Positions 1 to 31,995 of a stretch of 64,000 bases of DNA are shown here, piece by piece. The notes under the pieces were generated by a model that was not told the origin of the DNA, did no database searches, and saw only the letters and a program-made list of their open reading frames with translations. The position numbers and the translations under genes were made by a program. Within the stretch, counting starts at the first letter, position 1. The number at the start of each line of letters is the position of its first letter. The stretch is from Macrostomum lignano (lineage: Eukaryota): contig NIVC01000126.1 in assembly GCA_002269645.1 (NCBI GenBank), positions 186,001 through 250,000 of the forward strand. The letters are read 5' to 3'.

Positions 1-133
1 CACAAGCAGAAAGCGGCAGCAGCAGCAGCAGCAGCAAAAACAGCAGCAGGGTCACCGGCGCCAGAGAAGCCACCTATTCAAGCTGATGGGCCTGACAAGA
101 CGCCGAAGACTAGAGGTGGACTCGACCGACTGA
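1..133 (+). CDS. 3' end of a coding exon (poly-Q, basic) of a gene entering from the left edge
   Basis: Frame 2 is open: TSRKRQQQQQQQKQQQGHRRQRSHLFKLMGLTRRRRLEVDSTD, stop TGA 131-133. It is GC-rich, followed by AT-rich UTR-like DNA and AATAAA near 313. Confidence 0.45.
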   Translation, partial: TSRKRQQQQQQQKQQQGHRRQRSHLFKLMGLTRRRRLEVDSTD

Positions 134-968
134 CAGCATAGCAACAGCATTGTTTAATAATAATTTTTCTCATGCCTATACTCCGACTCGTTGGGTCATC
201 TGTTGCTTGAATTATTATTTTTAAGAATCAACGGGTTTGAGTTTATAACAAACAATTTGTAGTCTAATACGTGAGTATAACTTTTTCCTGTGCACCCGTC
301 TCAAAGAAACCAAATAAACTGAATTTGCATTTAAAATAATAATTAATTTTGTTTATTTATTATAGGAGTTTTACAATTGAACAAAGATATTATATTTGGC
401 TGAATATAAACACGATATCAGCAGATTGGTTATTAATAATTACTATAGAAAAAATTAAAACTGTTTAAGCTATTGAATCTACTAGAAGTAGTATACCTAT
501 TTCTTAATTAATGGATAATAAGTCTGTAGTTTTTGCTTTTTCTTAATTTCAGCCAATTTTATATACTACTTGTGTCTACAATGCAACTCAGTAGCACTAA
601 TTGAATTAAACACAAAAATATACAAATCCACAATCACAAGTTTTTTAATGAAATTAAGACAGAAAAATTACAAAACAAGACACAAAGTTGAATAAGAAAG
701 ACTACTGTAAGTACTGGTAACGTTATAAATTTACAAAATCAGGTGTCTTTCTGTTAGTTTTACATCAGATAAAGCAGCTTCTATCTAGGATAAACATGAA
801 TATCCAAGGCGTAAGTGAAAACTGAGCGGACAGGATACGATTTAAAAATAAAGAATTACATACTTAAAAAGTGAATTAAGTGAGTAATATATGAAAGGCT
901 TTTAACAGGCTATAAACAGAATTTGCGATCTTCCAGATCCTCGTGGCCCTGAATTACTGGACTTCAGT

Positions 969-2907
969 GATAAGTGGGTCACAGCGATCTATTAATAACC
1001 CTACAGTGGGTCACAGCGATCTATTAGTAACCCTACAGTGGGTCACAGCGATCTATTAATAACCCTACAGTGGGTCACAGCGATCTATTAGTAACCCTAC
1101 AGTGGGTCACAGCGATCTATTAATAACCCTACAGTGGGTCACAGCGATCTATTAATAACCCTACAGTGGGTCACAGCGATCTATTAGTAACCCTACAGTG
1201 GGTCACAGCGATCTATTAGTAACCCTACAGTGGGTCACAGCGATCTATTAATAACCCTACAGTGGGTCACAGCGATCTATTAGTAACCCTACAGTGGGTC
1301 ACAGCGATCTATTAATAACCCTACAGTGGGTCATAGCAATCTTTTAATGATCATACAGAGGGTCATAGGAATCTTTCAATGATCCTACAGTGGGTCATAG
1401 CAATCTTTCAATGATCCTACAGTGGGTCATAGCAATCTTTCAATGACCCTACAGTGGGTCATAGCAATCTTTCAATGATCCTACAGTGGGTCATAGCAAT
1501 CTTTCAATGATCCTACAGTGGGTCATAGCAATCTTTCAATGATCCTACAGTGGGTCATAGCAATCTTTCAATGATCCTACAGTGGGTCATAGCAATCTTT
1601 CAATGATCCTACAGTGGGTCATAGCAATCTTTCAATGATCCTACAGTGGGTCATAGCAATCTTTCAATGACCCTACAGTGGGTCATAGCAATCTTTCAAT
1701 GATCCTACAGTGGGTCATTGCAATCTTTCAATGACCCTACAGTGGGTCATAGCAATCTTTCAATGATCCTACAGTGGGTCATAGCAATCTTTCAATGATC
1801 CTACAGTGGGTCACAGCAATCTTTCAATGATCCTACAGTGGGTCATAGCAATCTTTTAATGATCCTACAGTGGGTCATAGCAATCTTTCAATGATCCTAC
1901 AGTGGGTCATAGCAATCTTTCAATGACCCTACAGTGGGTCATAGCAATCTTTCAATGATCCTACAGTGGGTCATAGCAATCTTTCAATGACCCTACAGTG
2001 GGTCATAGCAATCTTTCAATGATCATACAGTGGGTCATAGCAATCTTTCAATGATCCTACAGTGGGTCATAGCAATCTTTCAATGATCCTACAGTGGGTC
2101 ATAGCAATCTTTTAATGACCCTACAGTGGGTCATAGCAATCTTTCAATGATCCTACAGTGGGTCACAGCAATCTTTCAATGATCCTACAGTGGGTCATAG
2201 CAATCTTTTAATGATCCTACAGTGGGTCATAGCAATCTTTCAATGACCCTACAGTGGGTCATAGCAATCTTTCAATGATCCTACAGTGGGTCATAGCAAT
2301 CTTTTAATGATCCTACAGTGGGTCATTGCAATCTTTCAATGATCCTACAGTGGGTCATAGCAATCTTTCAATGATCCTACAGTGGGTCATAGCAATCTTT
2401 CAATGATCCTACAGTGGGTCATAGCAATCTTTCAATGATCCTACAGTGGGTCATAGCAATCTTTCAATGACCCTACAGTGGGTCATAGCAATCTTTTAAT
2501 GATCCTACAGTGGGTCATAGCAATCTTTTAATGATCCTACAGTGGGTCATTGCAATCTTTCAATGACCCTACAGTGGGTCATAGCAATCTTTCAATGATC
2601 CTACAGTGGGTCATAGCAATCTTTCAATGATCCTACAGTGGGTCATAGCAATCTTTCAATGATCCTACAGTGGGTCATAGCAATCTTTCAATGATCCTAC
2701 AGTGGGTCATAGCAATCTTTCAATGATCCTACAGTGGGTCATAGCAATCTTTCAATGATCCTACAGTGGGTCATAGCAATCTTTCAATGATCCTACAGTG
2801 GGTCATAGCAATCTTTCAATGATCCTACAGTGGGTCATAGCAATCTTTCAATGATCCTACAGTGGGTCATAGCAATCTTTCAATGACCCTACAGTGGGTC
2901 ATAGCAA
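969..2907. repeat. 32-bp minisatellite, about 60 units, two sub-arrays
   Basis: Unit cagtgggtcatagcaatctttcaatgatccta from about 1330 to 2907; variant cagtgggtcacagcgatctattaataacccta from about 969 to 1330. Confidence 0.97.
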
Positions 2908-3109
2908 TGTTCCACTGAACCTACAGATGATCATATAAATCTAATGATCTTTTGTAATATAAACAAGCTTAAAAGGTATCGGCTGCATACCACAGACGAT
3001 AAAACTCTATAACCAAAACCTCGATCATTCAACTTATAGACGCATGTGGATATCCCAGTAACTATGTACAATATTATTATTCTATAACATTAATCAATAA
3101 GTCAATAAA

Positions 3110-12115
<9,006 letters not shown>

Positions 12116-13464
12116 TTTGTTTATGCCTTTCCTTGATATAGTCGGGATAGAGTAGTAATCAGTCTCACAAAAGTTAACTGTTGCTTGGTACGAAAATATT
12201 TCGCATTGCAAAACTCGCGAATTAAAAATAATTCAACATTCAATTAAAAATAGACTAAAATATTTGCTTACTAAAACAAATATTACTAAAGCACGCTAAA
12301 CAAAGCTACATGTTATTAGCGGCTAATCTTTACAAAGTATTAATAACTTATAAAATATTTCAGATACCGCTACTAAAGCAAATAATTACTTGTTGCTAGT
12401 TGTATCTGGCAATAATCGCTTTCAACTTTTTCGAGTGGGAGTTAAATTTTCAACAAAGAAAATGTTTTTCCAACTTTTTTCATTCTTGGATCCTGACACT
12501 GCGTAGTGTACAACGCTAGCATACAGCTCTTAGAATATAACCATTTGGATTTAATATCAGCTCACAGAAAGCTAATCTGCTAGAGCTTGGTCGAATTTTT
12601 TTGTTTGACAGAATATCACAATACTTCATAATACAACAAGACCATGATATTTTGTCTAGATTTTGGGTAGCAGTAGTATTGGAGCCCGTAGGAAAGCTGG
12701 CAGTTGAAAATTTTTTATTTAGGAGGCAATTTCCTCACAATTTAGCTAAGAAAATTCAATATATAATTCACGTTATACAGATGTTTACTGTATCTGTATT
12801 AACGTACAGTATAGTACAGTGAAGCAAGTAAAAGTAAGTACAGTACTTAAATTTCGCCTCAGATTTATTTCACTGAGCCCGCTAACGACAAAACTTATTG
12901 TCAAATTTATCATCAATACATAATTCTTTTCTAGAGAATTTTCTCCAAAGTAATGGTTCATTTCACTTATTATCCCATTACAGTAAAAAATTCTGTGTTT
13001 CTGTAATAGGGTTTCAAAAAGTACTAGTACACAGACAGTTATTGATATATTTATTTGTTACTTTTATCTCTAGCAAAAAGTAGTTATATACATAGCTATA
13101 TAGCTAAAAGTATAGCTTTAAATGTATTTTGTTAAAAAGTTCATTATCAATTTTCAATGCAACAAAGTGTCGAAACAAAAAATTAGATTGATGCAAAGAA
13201 ACAAAACTGTAGCTGATTTATCTTTTAAAATTGTCTTTTTTCTTGTCTTGAATAGATGAAATTAGGGAAATCCTGTATTATCTAGCCTAATGAACTTTTA
13301 AAGACTCTATAATGTTAAATAATTGGAATATTTGGATAGGTTCCATTCAGAAAACTTGAATGATCATTTTACAATTTATAGCAGAAATATTCCTTGGCAA
13401 ATTTGTCGCCCATTAAAATATTAGCGCAAAAAAAGACAACCCTACCAACACTCATGGCTTTGAC

Positions 13465-23357
<9,893 letters not shown>

Positions 23358-25733
23358 GCTCTATCTCGAATGTTTTTTAGTACAAGCTCATGTACTTTTT
23401 TAAATAAGAAAATCTAGCAGACAAAATCCTCAGTAAAGATTCACATCCTTCATTCTGTTGGTACAACAGCCTCATTGAGCTGCAGAGATTCTGATTAGGA
23501 AAATAACATGAAAAGAAACCAACAATTGATTAATGGCAGTCTTTCTTCCAGCACATTGCCTCTATGCCTCCCTATCGCTGTTGTGATTAAGGCGAGTTAT
23601 TATCTATGATTGACTGTAATTGTTATTTATTATTATAAACAAAACTTGCCAAACTAAACGTTAATTATCAAACTAATGGGTTGAAAGAACAGCTGTGATA
23701 ATTTTTATATATTAAAAATCTCTAATAGATTTTTAATAAAAATATTAAAATTAAAAAAAAAAAATTTTTTTTATTAAAAAAAAAATAAAAATTAAAATAT
23801 TTTTATAATTTTAATATATAAAAATATTTTAATTTTTATATATTAAAAATCTCCATATATTTTCTATCGAGTGTTTTCGCGATTTTTTGCGTAATAGAAG
23901 ATTGTTGTTAATCTTTTCTACACCTTAACAATTAATTTGAATTCTTATATAATTATTTATTACATGACATGTAACACTTTTATTTAAGGTTGCCTATTAA
24001 ACAAACTTTAATCGGATGTTATATTTATACATTAAATTATACATCGTCTACACATACACATGTCAATAATTACACCCATAAAGTAACTCGTACTCGTATA
24101 ACTATTTTAGCAAACGAAATTGAATTTCTTTTTTTCGTTTTTTTTTGTTTTTTTACAAACGGATTTTAAATCACATTTTATTGCAGCGAAGTAGCAGATG
24201 TAGTTTACGACCTGACGTGAATTCCCACGAAAAGAAACGGATTTCTTCCGGGTCAAGGAATCCAGGCTAAACGTAGTTAAAGAACTGAATGCGTTTCAAG
24301 TCAGAAAGATTTGTAAAGCGAAACTGGGCAAAGCAGTGCATTTAGAAAGAAATAAGGAAGCCAGAGAGAGGCGCTCGGAAAGGCGCGCGGCCTCTCTCCG
24401 CTGGGTTGTGTGAATGGCTTTTCCTTTATGAATTTATTTTTTGTTATAATTTTTGCAAAAAAATCGGACTTTATAAAGTTTCGAGAGTTATGCTAAAGCT
24501 TTCAAAAAGCACTGGGCAGCTGCACAACACTTAGAATTTCAATATAATTAATTAGTAGCAAGGCTTGCCAGCTATAATTCAAGCTTTAATAGAATCGAAT
24601 TTTAATACATGGATAACCGGTTAATCATTGCTTGGTAAAAATTAATTATAATTAATCATGACAATGTAGACACAAACAGATTTCATTATAAATGGGAGTT
24701 AAAAACGGTCAAACCAAAGTTTAGGGACACTAAAATAAATTTTGTAGCATAAATTACCCACAAATAAATAGATTATAAATAAACAAAAACAAACAAAAAA
24801 GCTAGACATATCCAGATAGCGAGCTGTGACAATAAAAATTGAAACATTGAAAGCGGCACAGTTTAATTAGTAAACACGGGTTTATTCTCAATAAGTATTT
24901 AAGGCAAATTTAAGCTGTAAAATGTTTTTAGAAAGCTTGTTTTTTTGACAGCCGGACAAACAGACAAATTTCAATTGTCGAATTAGTAATTAAAAAAAAG
25001 TACAAACAACATCCAATGCAGTAACAATGTCAATTAATTGTAGCCAGGTTATATTGCGGTTGAATTTTCGACTAATAATTTCGCTAAAAAATTGCACATT
25101 CACACACAGATTTAGTTACACTTTTTGTTAAAAGATAAAAGCGGGAATAAAATAAAACAAAAGAGACGTTGACAAGTAAGTACTGAGGTGCTTCTGAATA
25201 TAACAGCGGACTTTGAATTTACTATTTATCAATTGCAATAAGCGTGCAGCAAATGTGATTCGTTATATTCAAAATATAATTATAGCGGAAATAAAAATAG
25301 CGCAATTATTAAAGCGACATTAATAAATTTAAACGCGAATATCAGTACAAAAATAAAATAATTAATAAATGGATAATTAATAGAAATTTTCCACAGACTT
25401 TTCTTCAACAAAAAGCCGTTTCGCTACTTTTTTTTAATTATTATCCAGCTTGACTACAAAAGTACACAAACTACCTTAAAATCATCAAGAAGGGCTGTTT
25501 TATTTTGTTTTAATCAAGCATTGATGGAAAAACCTTGTGATCTTTAACAAGCGATGAAACAAACAAAGGATTACTCAACGGACAATGGCAAGTAAGAATG
25601 AATTAAATTGGACTTAGTCCTCAATCATATCAATTTCGATCCTCTCTTAACTCGCTATCTAACCAAATTAACTGAGCCATAAATACGTGGATTAATGGAC
25701 TGGCCTGTCAGCGAAATATCTAGTTGTGAACTA

Positions 25734-26208
25734 CCCAATGAAAACGGCACCTAGGTCAAGAAGCGTTTCAGAGTCGTTGCAGGTAGCACGGGTAAAATAT
25801 AAAAGAAGCGACTCTAGACGACTCAAAAACGACGAGATGTCACGGTAAAAGTCGCCAAAAAGTCGTCAAAGAGTCAGTCGCTTAAGAGTCACATTAAAGC
25901 CTTTTATTTGTCTGCGACTCTGGAGCGACGGTAGAACGACTCTGGGGCCGTGGAGTCGTATCTGAGGCGTGCTAGAGTCGCTTTAGAGTCACTGAGCGCC
26001 TTTGCGTCGCTTGACGATTTTTTTACGATTCTACAACTCACGCGACGCGCTTGTGATTATGACGCAACAGTCGCCTCTCCGTTGCATTATACGCGTTTGA
26101 GTCGTCAAAAAGTCACAAGAGCCGCCCCAGAGTTGCTAGAGTCACTAGTAAGTGAGTTGGTTGCAACGACTTTTTAGCAATTCTTGTCACGGTATCGTTT
26201 TCAACGGG
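25734..26208. mobile_element. Non-autonomous DNA transposon (MITE) with about 48-bp imperfect TIRs starting CCC and many internal GAGTC/GACTC motifs
   Basis: Left end cccaatgaaaacggcacc...agtcgttgca matches the reverse complement of the right end, cccgttgaaaacgatacc...agtcgttgca. No clear TSD. Confidence 0.6.
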
Positions 26209-26417
26209 CTAAGGAAATTTGTTGTAATGACGTAAATTTGTGCGATATTACAGGCTTCCTTGTTTAGGTAACTAAGTATAAATCATATATTCCCTCATCC
26301 ATGGGATAGTTTGAGAAGGTTAAAGTGCCCCAAGTCTTGGTTGAATCTATACAGTTTATAGTTTTTGTTTCGTTTCTTATATCGTTTCAAACGTCCTTAT
26401 CAAACAACTCAGCGGCT

Positions 26418-29400
26418 TCACAGCTCAACCCTGTAGCCGGCGCATCCGGCCGAGTCGCCAGAGCCCATTCGCACCTGACAGCCGGCCACAGCCGGGGCCA
26501 CGCGAATGTTGGCCTCGGCTAAGCGGGTGGCATTGGCGCCAAGCCAGCAGGACATGGTCTCCGTGTCGTAAGCCGGCACTAAGCAGGTCTCTTCAGCTGG
26601 CCAAGAGGCCAATTTAGCTTCCAGCAGTGCGTTCAACACGCTGGTATCCGGCTGGCAGCTAGCCAGAGCGTAGTGACGAGCTCGAACGCGTCGGAAAAAT
26701 TCAACATCGACGCTGTTAGGCTGGCCGCAGCCGGGAATGTAGGCCAAGTCGAACCAATAAACCGCACCGGTTGATGAGGACGAATTTGTCGATGAAGATG
26801 TCGGTCGCTTCGACGCGGCGGACGGTGGCGGAGCTGGAAGTCCAGAGGCTGATCCCAGCCGCTGATTGGATCTATCTGTGGCTGTTGCTGCAGCTGGTCC
26901 AGGTCGCCAGCGCCCCCGTTGCCGTGTCGATAGAACGAATCTGTCATGCCAACTCCGGCCAAATCATCGTCACCAACTCCAGCCGTAGAATCGGCCTCAG
27001 CGTTAGCTTGAAGCACAGAATCGGACAGATAAGACGAAGTGCCGTTGCCGTTGGCGCTGCCAGGCATTGGGAGGCTGCCACCGCTAGTGTCGTTATTACC
27101 GAATTCGTCTACACTGTCGAGCGTCGATTTACCGATAATAGCCGGCGGTGCCAATTTCACCGAATCGTTGTCGTCGTCGTTGTTGTCGTCGGAATCGCGG
27201 GCGAAGCCGTACTCACCGGACACTGGCCGGACAGCCTCGGCATCTTCCATAGCCGACAGTCGGTGTCCGTCGTCGTTGCCGGGTAGGTAATCCGTGTCCA
27301 ATTTTGGTGACGGCTCCAGCGGCTGCTGCTGCATGGCATTGCCAGGTCCGCGCCACACGATATTGTCGACCTCTTCGGTGCCAATTTGGTCATCGTCATC
27401 AACGGGATCATCGCTAGCGCTGGCTCCGTCGCCAGACTGGCTGCTATGGTAACGAGGTCGCATTGTCTGGATAGCGTCCGAGTAATTTTTGCCATTGCCA
27501 CCGTTGCTAAACACGTGAGCTGTCTGACTCTCATCTCCGAACATGTCCTGTGGCTTCTGACTCTCATCGCCGAACATGTCCTGGGGCTTCTGACTCTCAT
27601 CTCCGAACATGTCCTGGGGCTTCTGACTCTCATCGCCGAACATGTCCTGTGGCTTCTGAATTTCATCTCCGAACATGTCCTGTGGCTTCTGAGTCTCATT
27701 TCCGAACATATCCTGCGGCTTCTGAGTCTCATCGCCGAACATCTCCTGGGGCTTCTGACTCTCATCGCCGAACATGTCCTTTGGCTTCTGACTCTCATCG
27801 CCGCACATGTCCTGTGGCTTCTGACTCTCATCGCCGCACATGTCCTGTGGCTTCTGACTCTCATCGCCGAACATGTCCTGTGGCTTCTGAATCTCATCTC
27901 CGAACATGTCCTGTGGCTTCTGAGTCTCATCGCCGAACATGTCCTGGGGCTTCTGAATCTCATCTCCGAACATGTCCTGTGGCTTCTGAGTCTCATTTCC
28001 GAACATGTCCTGTGGCTTCTGAGTCTCATCGCCGAACATGTCCTGTGGCTTCTGAGTCTCATCGCCGAACATGTCCTGGGGCTTCTGAATCTCATCTCCG
28101 AACATGTCCTGTGGCTTCTGAGTCTCATTTCCGAACATGTCCTGTGGCTTCTGAGTCTCATCGCCGAACATGTCCTGTGGCTTCTGACTCTCATCGCCGA
28201 ACATCTCCTGTGGCTTCTGAGTCTCATCGCCGAACATGTCCTGTGGCTTCTGACTCTCGTCGCCGAATACGTCCTGGGGTGTCCCAGCATCACCGCCGAA
28301 CATGTCCTGAGGCTTCTGATTGCCATTACCAAATATGTTAGGCGAATGATCTTTCTCGAATTCCCCGAGTCCTTCGTGACTTTGATCGTGAAGACCAATT
28401 AGCTGCTGATTATTTGGATTAAGATTTTCATCTTCATTCACGTCCTGTGCCATCTGGGCAACATCATTCTCAGGGTGATTCTCGTGTGCATCATTGGTTC
28501 CCGTAAAGTCTTTAGAAACTTGCTCGTCCGACTCTGTAATGTCGTTAGATTCCAGTTTCTCATCATTATAATCATCAGCCAACTCTTGAGATTTCTGCTC
28601 CTCATCATCGTCAGCCTCGACGATATCATGCGATTTCTGATCTTCCTCATCGGCAGCCTCAAGGATCTCGTGCGATTTCTGATCTTCCTCATCGGCAGCC
28701 TCAAGGATCTCGTGAGATTTCTGATCTTCCTCATCGGCAGCCTCAAGAATCTCGTGAGATTTCTGCTCTTCCTCATCGGCAGCCTCAAGGAGATCGTGCG
28801 ATTTCTGATCTTCCTCATCGGCAGCCTCAAGGATCTCGTGCGATTTCTGATCTTCCTCATCGGCAGCCTCAAGAATCTCGTGAGATTTCTGATCTTCCTC
28901 ATCGGCAGCCTCAGGGATCTCGTGCGATTTCTGATCTTCCTCATCAGCAGTCTCAAGGATCTCGTGCGATTTTTGATCTTCCTCATCGGCAGCCTCAAAG
29001 ATCTGCGATTTCTGATCTTCCTCATCGGTAGCCTCAGGGATCTCGTGAGATTTCTGCTCTTCCACATCGGCAGCCTTAAGGATCTCGTGAGATTTCTGCT
29101 CTTCCTCATTTCCAGCTTCAACAATGTCACGAGATTTCTGCTCTTCCTGAGATACCTCAACAATGTCTTGCGTTGTCTGTTCAACAACATCGGTAAGATC
29201 TGTGGTGTCCTGAGGCTTATCAGTCACAATGTCTTCTGCTTTTGGAACGGGCTCAACTTCCGCAGGTGGCTTTTTCGCCGGAGCTTTTTTCTTTGCGGCA
29301 GTTGCAGCAGCAGCAGCAGCAGAAGGAGCAGAAGCAGTTTCCTTAGCTTTGACAGGAGCCTTGGCAGCCTTTGGTACAGCTGGTTCCGCTTTAGCCTTTG

Positions 29401-30972
29401 GAGCCGGAGAGGTCGCCTTCTTCGGTTCGGGTTTAGCCGGCGCCTTAGCCGCAACAGTTGGCGCAGTTTTAGCAGGCGGCCTCGAAACGGCTGTTGTTGG
29501 CTTTGCAGCAGCGTTTGTTGCTGCCGATTTTGTCGGGGCCAGTTTAACCGCCGGCGCCGATTTGGCGGTCGGCTTCGCGACTGGTTTCGAGGCAGCGGCG
29601 GCAGGTGCGACGACTCCTCGCTTAGCTGTGGACGCGGCTGCCGGGGCTTTCTTAACGGCGCCAGTCGACGCCTGGGTAGCAGCTGGCGCCGGACTAGGCG
29701 ACTTAGAAGACTTGGACGCCACGGCCGATGTTGGCTTTGAAGATGAAGAGGCCGCCGGAGCTTTGACAGCTGGTGCAGCGGCTGTTGGCTTTGCCTTGCT
29801 GACAATCGACGATTTCTTTGCGGCAGAAGCAGCAGCAGGGGCTGTTGAAGTTTTCTTCGAGGTAGGCGCAGCAGCAGCGGCAGCGGCCTGCGGTCCGGTG
29901 TACACTGGCGAGCGCAAACAGTCCATAGATTTGGCGTCGCCCCGATCTAACGCCTGCAACACCTGCGAATCGGTGGCAGCGCCTGGTAGCAACACTCTTG
30001 ACCAGGCAGCCGCAGTGTCCGCCTGTTTAGCTGCCGGCTGCCAGACTAACAGACTAATAAAAGAATTAGCCGCGTTGGCCGCGGAATCTTTTGATTTAGC
30101 CACAGCAGGCTTAGTCTTCTGCTGCTGCTGCTGCTCAGCAACAGGGAAACAATAGAGGTTAAGGCAGCCTCGACCGACCATTGAGTACAGAATGAGCGGC
30201 TCTGTCGGCTTCTTAGCCGATAAAGACGACAGAGCCTCCTGAACGTGCAGTCCGTTGCCGCCATTAAACGAGCGCATGAGATCGTACACGGCGGCAGAGC
30301 TGGCCGGCGGCTTGCCAGGAATCAGGCAGGCTTGAAGCTTCGGCCCGCCGCCGCCGCAACCGGCCAGATGGCCGAGCAGAGCGCCAAGTCCGGCAGATTC
30401 GGACCAATTCGTCAACAGCAGGGCATCGATGCGAACCAGCCAGGCTAGGAATCGCCAGGCGCTTGGCGAGTTGCTAACGCCCAGGCCGCTAACTAGACAG
30501 TAGCCGTCAACGCATAGGCATAGTGACGGGCACTCAGCTTCGGGGAACAGGTAGACAGCCGGGCGATTTGAGCAATCGATTGAACCGGCAGCCGATGCGT
30601 CGGCTGGTGGTCGCATTTTCATTGAACCGTTACTGGCATCGTTGCTAATAGCAACGGTTCGATCGATTAGCGAAGACGAGAACTGAGCCAACATCTGCTC
30701 ATCGCTATTCTCCTCTTCAAAAATGCTGAGATTATTGGAGGCTGCAATACTGGCCGAGTCTCCGGCCAGGTGAGCCAATCGGCCAGGTGTCACGAAGGCG
30801 TCGCGCAGTTGCCAACCGGATGAATTCGACAACGGGCCAGCGTACACAATACGACGATTTGGGTGGCGAGGCTGAATAGTGGCGAGCTGTTCCGCCAGAG
30901 TGCGCAGGCTGGGGTTCAGCAGGGCCAGAATGGTCAGCTGATCGCTGCCGGGCCATTCCAGCAGGATGTCGC
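26418..30972 (-). CDS. futsch: MAP1/futsch microtubule-associated protein. One large exon 30972-26418 with an apparent 1-nt deletion at about 26843; tentative first exon 32310-32232
   Basis: N-terminal MAP1 domain (PAVYLFP, VDGYCLVSG, AWRFLAWLVRIDALLLT), basic Lys/Ala/Pro-rich region, acidic 14-aa and 11-aa repeats, GWDQPL motif, and a light-chain-type C-terminal domain (FDLAYIP, VDVEFFRRVRARHY, VLNALLEAK, YRVEL stop) in a second frame. Acceptor ccgcag at 30973. Confidence 0.88.
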
Positions 30973-31114
30973 CTGCGGATTGATAGGCGAAATTGAGCTT
31001 TTAAAATGCGTTGTTTGGTTTTCTATTTGCTTGCTGTGCCGTAAATTCATTTATTTGTAATTAAGCGTCTTTTGCGTTAAATTCCACGGGAGACTGATGA
31101 CTTAATTATTGCAT

Positions 31115-31995
31115 AACTCAATGACTCGACGATTCAATGACTCAATGATTCAGTGACTCTATGATTCAATGACTCAATGATTTAATGACTCAATGATTTA
31201 ATGACTCAATGATTCAATGACTCAATGATTTAATGACTCAAGGATTTAATGACTCAATGATTCAATGATTAATGACTCAATGATTTAATGACTCAATGAT
31301 TTAATGACTCAATGATTTCATAACTCAATGATTTGATGACTCAATGATTCAATGACTCAATGATTCAGTGACTCTATGATTTGATGACTCAATGATTCAG
31401 TGACTCAATGATTTCATGACTCAATGATTTCATGACTATGATTCAATGACTCAATGATTTAATGACTCAATTATTCAATGACTCAATGATTTAATGACTC
31501 AATTATTCAATGACTCAATTATTTAATGACTCAATGATTCAATGACTCAATGATTTAATGACTCTATGATTCAGTGACTCTATGATTTGACGAATCAATG
31601 ATTTAATGACTCAAAGATTCAGTGTCAGTGACTCAATGATTTGATGACTCAATGATTCAGTGACTCAATGACTTGATGACTCAATGATTTGACGACTCAA
31701 TGATTCAGTGTCAGTGACTCAATGATTTAATGACTCAATGATTCAATGACTCAATGATTTGATGACTCAATGATTCAATGACTCAATGATTTGATGACTC
31801 AATGATTCAATGACTCAATGATTTGATGACTCAATGATTCAATGACTCAATGATTTGATGACTCAATGATTCAATGACTCAATGATTTGATGACTCAATG
31901 ATTCAGTGTCATTAACTTAATGATTCTGACTCAATAATTTGATGACACAATTACTCAATAATTTGATGACACAGTAAATCAATGACTCAATGATT
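31115..31995. repeat. 8/16-bp degenerate repeat (caatgatt caatgact)n
   Basis: Direct tandem repetition; many units contain TGACTCA. Confidence 0.95.

Noticed and set aside
969-2907. CRISPR-like look: roughly 30-bp repeats with internal palindromes (also at 21.7 and 32.8 kb)
   Set aside because: The units are head-to-tail with no unique spacers, there are no cas genes, and the context is eukaryotic.
25950-26177. 75-aa ORF inside the CCC-ended MITE
   Set aside because: It has no transposase motifs and arises from GAGTC-rich internal repeats.
27386-30155. Long antisense and alternate-frame ORFs over MAP1 (338, 413, 421 and 308 aa)
   Set aside because: They are shadows of in-frame coding repeats and GC-rich codons, with no independent domain signal.
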